A DNA stretch of 28,639 nucleotides, taken from the IMG/VR virus record IMGVR_UViG_3300048670_000080, positions 1 to 28,639 of that record. One strand, written 5' to 3'. The stretch comes from a virus (taxonomy: Duplodnaviria; Caudoviricetes). The translations under genes and the position numbers were made by a program. Shown here piece by piece: positions 26,027-28,639 of this stretch. A model generated the notes under the pieces. It made no database searches, had not been told where the DNA came from, and saw only the letters and a list, made by a program, of their open reading frames with translations. Within the stretch, counting starts at the first letter, position 1, and every line of letters starts with the position of its first letter.

Positions 26027-28237
26027 ATGTCATTTGCAATTAATAATTATACAGGAAATGGATCACAGACTAATTACAGCGTAACGTTTCCTTACATTGT
26101 TCAGTCTCACGTAGAGGTGCGATTAAACAACGTATTAAAAACTTTAGGTGTTGATTACACTTTTCCTACATCATCAACAATACAATTTACAACAGCGCCA
26201 GGAAATGGTGTTCCTATAAATTTTAAAAGAAATTCAAGTCAAACAAATAGATTAGTAGATTATCAAGACGGTTCTACAATTACTGAAGCGATACTAGATC
26301 AAGACAGTAATCAAATGTTTTACATGTCCCAAGAAGCTATTGATGCCACAACTGGTGTTATGGCTCTTGACGGAGATAACAAATGGAACGCATTAAATAA
26401 TGTTATTAAGAATGTAGCTGCACCTATAAATGGGTCTGATGCAGTTAATAAAGATTTTATATCAACAAACATACCTGCAATAACTACAGTAGCAAGTAAT
26501 ATAAATTCAGTTAATAACGTATCTACTAATATTGCAACTATTAATTCTGTAAATTCTAATAGTTCAAACATAAATTCAGTAGCTTCTAATTCTGCAAATA
26601 TTAATTCAGCAGTTGCAAATGCTACAAACATAAATGCAGTAGTTGCTAATTCGGGAAACATAAATACTACCGCAGGTGCAAATACAAACATCACTGCTGT
26701 AGCTGGACAAATTACTCCAACTAACAATATTGGAACACTTGCTGGTCTAACTACACAGATTACAGGTGTTTATAATATTAGAAATGATGTCACTGCGGTA
26801 AACTCAAACAGTGCAAATATAAATTCTGTTGCTTCAAATACAGCAAACATTAATGCAGTAAACTCAAACAGTGCTAATATTAATGCTGTTAATGCAAACA
26901 GTTCAAACATTAACACTATTGCTACAAACATTGGCAAAGTTAATACTTTATATACAGAGATTGCTAAAGTAGTTGAGGTTGCTAACGACCTTCAAGAAGC
27001 TGTTTCAGAGATTGATACAGTTTCAAATAATATAGCTAATGTTAATACAGTAGGTAATGCTATTGCAAACGTAAATATAGCCGCATCTAATATAAATTCA
27101 GTAAATGATTTCGTAGCACGTTATAGAGTATCAGCAACACAACCAACTACATCTTTAGATATAGGAGACTTGTGGTTTGACAGTACATTACAAAAATTAT
27201 TAATTTATACTTCAAGTGGTTGGCAAACTGCTTCTGATTATGTTTCTGCTTTAATTAATACTTATAGATATACAGCAACTGGTGGTCAGACAGTATTTAC
27301 TGGTGTAGCCGCAGGTGGAAACACACTATCTTTTACTGCTGAAGCGAATTGTTTTGTATTCTTAAATGGTATTAGAATTGTTTTAGGTCAAGATTATACT
27401 TTAACAGGTGGAAACACAGTTACATTATTAGAAGCGGCTAATGCTGGAGACTTATTATACATAGAAGTAATTGCAAAAATATCAATTACAGAAGAAGCGG
27501 TGCTTCAAGGATATGTTGCTTCTGCTTCAAGTTCGGCTTCAACAGCAACTACTCAAGCTGGTATTGCAACAACACAAGCTGGATTAGCCACATCAAATGG
27601 TGCGACACAAGTTTCATTAGCGGCGGCACAAGTTGCTTTAGCTACTACTCAAGCAGGGTTGGCAACTACAAATGGTCAAGCACAAGTTGCTTTAGCAACT
27701 ACTCAGGCAGGAATTTCTACAGCACAGGCAGTAATAGCAACTACACAAGCCGCAACTTCTACTGCTCAAGCAGTAATAGCAACTACACAAGCAACGAATA
27801 GTGCATCTTCTGCAAGTGCTTCTGCAACTTCTGCTTCAAACAGTGCGGCTTCTGCGGCGGCGGCAGCGGCGAGTGCTACTGCGGCGGCGGCGGCTTCTGG
27901 TGGTGGTACTGTTTCTATTTCTAATACAGATACAACAGCAGGAAAATTAAATACAAAAATAGTAGTTTCTGGTTCACTAACAAAAACAGTTTTAAATAGT
28001 GGTGCGGCGGAAACATTACAGTTGGGTGTTGATGTAATTTTTAATGAAACTTACTTTACCGCAACTGCTGGTCAAACAACATTTAATACCGCTTACACTC
28101 CACTTTATATTCAATGTTTTGTGAATGGTATTAAATTAATTAACGTACAAGACTTTACGGCTACCAACGGCACAAGTGTTATCTTAAGTGAAGCATGTAT
28201 TGCTGGAGATATCGTAGAGTTTGTAAAGTTTAAATAA
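26027..28237 (+). CDS. gp17: Tail fibre / fibre adaptor (T7 gp17 N-terminal domain)
   Basis: YTGNGSQTNYSVTFPY...RLVDYQDGSTITEAILD...QEAID; decad and heptad repeats; two TATxGQT domains. Confidence 0.92.
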   Translation: MSFAINNYTGNGSQTNYSVTFPYIVQSHVEVRLNNVLKTLGVDYTFPTSSTIQFTTAPGNGVPINFKRNSSQTNRLVDYQDGSTITEAILDQDSNQMFYMSQEAIDATTGVMALDGDNKWNALNNVIKNVAAPINGSDAVNKDFISTNIPAITTVASNINSVNNVSTNIATINSVNSNSSNINSVASNSANINSAVANATNINAVVANSGNINTTAGANTNITAVAGQITPTNNIGTLAGLTTQITGVYNIRNDVTAVNSNSANINSVASNTANINAVNSNSANINAVNANSSNINTIATNIGKVNTLYTEIAKVVEVANDLQEAVSEIDTVSNNIANVNTVGNAIANVNIAASNINSVNDFVARYRVSATQPTTSLDIGDLWFDSTLQKLLIYTSSGWQTASDYVSALINTYRYTATGGQTVFTGVAAGGNTLSFTAEANCFVFLNGIRIVLGQDYTLTGGNTVTLLEAANAGDLLYIEVIAKISITEEAVLQGYVASASSSASTATTQAGIATTQAGLATSNGATQVSLAAAQVALATTQAGLATTNGQAQVALATTQAGISTAQAVIATTQAATSTAQAVIATTQATNSASSASASATSASNSAASAAAAAASATAAAAASGGGTVSISNTDTTAGKLNTKIVVSGSLTKTVLNSGAAETLQLGVDVIFNETYFTATAGQTTFNTAYTPLYIQCFVNGIKLINVQDFTATNGTSVILSEACIAGDIVEFVKFK
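26480..27110 (+). repeat. 10-aa coding repeats (INSVASNSAN-like) in the tail fibre
   Basis: Repeated INxVxxNxxN units in the translation. Confidence 0.8.
27520..27900 (+). repeat. Ala/Thr/Gln heptad-type repeats (ATTQAGL) and a poly-Ala linker
   Basis: ATTQAGIATTQAGLATS... followed by GCG runs. Confidence 0.8.
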
Positions 28238-28262
28238 CAACAATAACAAGGAAAATAAATAA

Positions 28263-28639
28263 ATGACAAAAGCAAGAAACCTATCCAAGATTATAGATGG
28301 TTCTGGCAATTTAGTTGTACCTAATGCTGGTGGCGATGCTCGTAGTTTAGGTATGGTTAAAGCTGATGGAACTCCTATTGATGCTTTAGATAGAGCAACG
28401 ACAAGTGCAACAGTAATTAATACAGCGACACCTTATGCTGGTCTTTTATCTGCTGGTATTGCGGCAGGTGCTACAAACCCATTAGACGTAGATGCAGTAT
28501 ATAATACTACAGCAACTTACGAAAATGCAAGTGGTCAAGTAGTAAACCAAGCCATTGATTTAAAAAAACCTAGAAACGGAAATTGGTGGGAATGGTCTGG
28601 TTGGGGATTTGCAGGAATACCAACATCAAACTGTGCCAA
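28263..28639 (+). CDS. Second tail fibre / receptor-binding protein, truncated by the window end
   Basis: Open from ATG 28263 to the end of the window: MTKARNLSKIIDGSGNLVVP...NGNWWEWSGWGFAGIPTSNCA; AAGGA upstream. Confidence 0.75.
   Translation, partial: MTKARNLSKIIDGSGNLVVPNAGGDARSLGMVKADGTPIDALDRATTSATVINTATPYAGLLSAGIAAGATNPLDVDAVYNTTATYENASGQVVNQAIDLKKPRNGNWWEWSGWGFAGIPTSNCA

Larger units (their letters stand above)
1..28639 (+). mobile_element. Temperate T7-like podophage genome segment (Autographiviridae, pelagiphage-like), non-integrated configuration
   Basis: T7-type gene order RNAP-SSB-endonuclease-primase/helicase-DNA pol-exonuclease-portal-scaffold-capsid-tubes-internal proteins-fibre. 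Integrase plus a tRNA-half att site with phage genes on both sides. Confidence 0.97.

Noticed and set aside
3308-26727. Minus-strand ORFs (3308, 5371, 7221, 11220, 11623, 16065, 16729, 19617, 23039, 26320)
   Set aside because: All lie antisense to well-supported phage genes and lack motifs; T7-like genomes are essentially unidirectional.
26480-27900. CRISPR array or DGR template from the tail-fibre repeats
   Set aside because: The repeats are degenerate, in-frame protein repeats with no spacers, and the window has no cas or reverse transcriptase gene.

Overview
About 28.6 kb of an AT-rich, temperate T7-like podophage (Autographiviridae). All credible genes are on the + strand. Gene order and content resemble the HTVC019P/HTVC011P-type phages of SAR11 (Pelagibacter/Fonsibacter); this host call is inferred, not proven. 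Order: small ORF, MarR-type wHTH regulator, tyrosine integrase, attP-like 5' half of tRNA-Leu(UAA), Zn-finger ORF, single-subunit RNA polymerase, small membrane protein, SSB, endonuclease I, primase/helicase, family A DNA polymerase, 5'-3' exonuclease, PD-(D/E)XK nuclease, DUF3310/gp1.7-like protein, small ORFs, portal, scaffold, major capsid, tail tubes A and B, internal virion proteins (gp16-like with a pesticin-type muramidase), a repeat-rich tail fibre/adaptor and the start of a second fibre. The most interesting signal is a possible lysogeny circuit. (i) The attP core is the 5' half of a tRNA, so integration would swap upstream sequences between the host tRNA-Leu gene and the phage RNAP operon. 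(ii) An 18-bp palindrome (consensus AGTATTGA-NN-TCAATACT) occurs as tandem pairs with a 17-bp period at three sites, plus a single core beside attP. (iii) A small membrane-protein gene is bracketed by a 38-bp direct repeat. There is also a candidate phage-RNAP promoter motif and a strongly structured capsid leader.
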